Positions 62,651 to 64,000 of a DNA stretch of 64,000 nt are shown one piece after another (position 1 is the stretch's first letter; each line of letters begins with the position of its first letter). A model generated the notes under the pieces. That model worked only from the letters and a program-made list of their open reading frames with translations, did not search any database and was not told the DNA's origin. A program made the position numbers and the translations under genes. Source of the DNA: Phoronis australis (Eukaryota; Animalia; Phoronida); the NCBI GenBank assembly GCA_002633005.1, contig NMRA01000423.1:271642-335641 (forward strand), read 5' to 3'.

Positions 62651-64000
62651 ATATTGTGAACTAAAATTTTATTTCTCAACACAATTGGAACGATCGCTAT
62701 TGCGTTGCTTGATATAGCTCAGAAGCCATTGAATGCTCAAATATAGGTTTTGAACAATTCATTGAAATGAAATGCAGTGTTGACGTGCAAATGCATGTCT
62801 AGTTATTAACTCCCAAATTATCTTTTATTAGAGGCTTGGAACCCTATAAACAAAGATTGGATGTAATTCTTCACCACTGAAACAGATTTCAACCAGCTCA
62901 CCTGGTCTTTTTAAGTTTTGTTCGTAAATATTTTTAATTTCTGTTGATGACAGAGCATTTTCTTTTATTTCCAAATTTCAAAAATAAAATCTGTCAACTG
63001 CAAATGCGTGATTTTTCTGTAAATTTATTAACAAGGGGAAAGTGAATTCCTCTGTATTAGACGAGATGGTAATTTCATGAGAATTTGCGGTGCAACATGT
63101 TATCATTATTTTTGGTATGGAGGATATGACTCTATGACGCATAATTTTGCATTTTTTCACGTTATTTATAAGTCTGTTTTCTATATTTTATCCAAGTAAA
63201 CGTCGGGTCCAAGTGGCCGTCGGCGAGTAGAGGCAGCTTATGTTGATGTTGACTTTTTTGTAGTCCTTGTTTGCTTGTCATAAAAAGGTCGTGATCGTTC
63301 CGTACTGAATATGAAAGTCTTGGACACCGCATATTTTTGACTTTCCGTTCTTTACGCAACATCAAAAACAAAATGTTGAATAAGGTAAATCATTGATCTT
63401 GTCAAACTTTTTATACAAGTCTGAAGATAGTGTCCATGCCGAAACACAGCATTTACAATGTCAAACGAGTGTCAAAAAACTCAAGATGCAGTACGTTTCA
63501 TGATATTTGTCATGGTCATAATCTCTTTAATTGGCTCCTTTTGATAAGGAAATGCCCCTTTAAATATATTCAAGAACAGGCGAATGTATCAATTTATCGC
63601 GTGTACACGCGAAAACTGGCCGGCAAAGCGCTCTTTTTAAAAGCAGCAGTTCACTATAGTCGGTGGGCCAGATTTTGTAGGGCCTCTAGAAAATGGTTTT
63701 TGTGAGTACTTTAAGGGGGCAATTTTATTTTGATGTTTTTTAGTTCATTTATTAGAGTGTTTTCAAAATCTAAAAAGTTCCCACATATAAAGTTGCACAT
63801 TTTTGAGAAATTTGAGTTTGAAGTTACCTAATAATCACCAAAGAGCTTAGTAAACTTATATTTGTAAAAACAACAGTTTTGGTGACTTTTTTGTAAAACA
63901 AGTAATATGGTCCCATCAGTGCCATTGTATTGAACAATATTACACTCACATTACATGTTTTACTATTGTAAATTAATTGTAAACAGTGAAATTTAAAAAA

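Larger units (their letters stand above)
61105..63618. repeat. Long inverted repeat pair (61105-~61265 and ~63457-63618)
   Basis: cagttttc(a/g)cgtgtacacgcgataaattga.acatt.gcctgttcttgaa.atatttaaaggggcatttccttatca... present on opposite strands. Confidence 0.85.

Overview
This is metazoan (invertebrate-type) genomic DNA from a gapped draft assembly, not prokaryotic; most ORF-track entries are noise or single exons. Three spliced genes can be read. (1) The last five exons (WD40 tail) of a neurobeachin-like gene, NBEAL1/2 family, on + at 51-2560. (2) A complete nine-exon, 437-aa mitochondrial acyl-CoA dehydrogenase on - at 17004-8502, tail-to-tail with NBEAL. It has an LCAD-type active site and, from recall, closely resembles bacterial citronellyl-CoA dehydrogenase AtuD and the animal 'acyl-CoA dehydrogenase 6' group. 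(3) Only the last two exons (SH3) of an FNBP1L/CIP4 F-BAR gene on + at 26405-27131. The remainder is repeat-rich: a miniature LTR element with tRNA-like LTRs, a 2.4 kb hAT element with a 5-bp TSD and intron-containing transposase relic nested in an RTE-X-like LINE, several 5-bp-TSD MITEs, Helentron-type non-autonomous elements with higher-order internal repeats, further LINE relics, minisatellites, and probable decayed LRR/TLR-like genes at about 47-63 kb. No CRISPR, rRNA or functional tRNA gene is supported. No clearly new system is demonstrable from sequence alone; the best leads are ranked in the findings. Family assignments come from motif recognition, not database searches.
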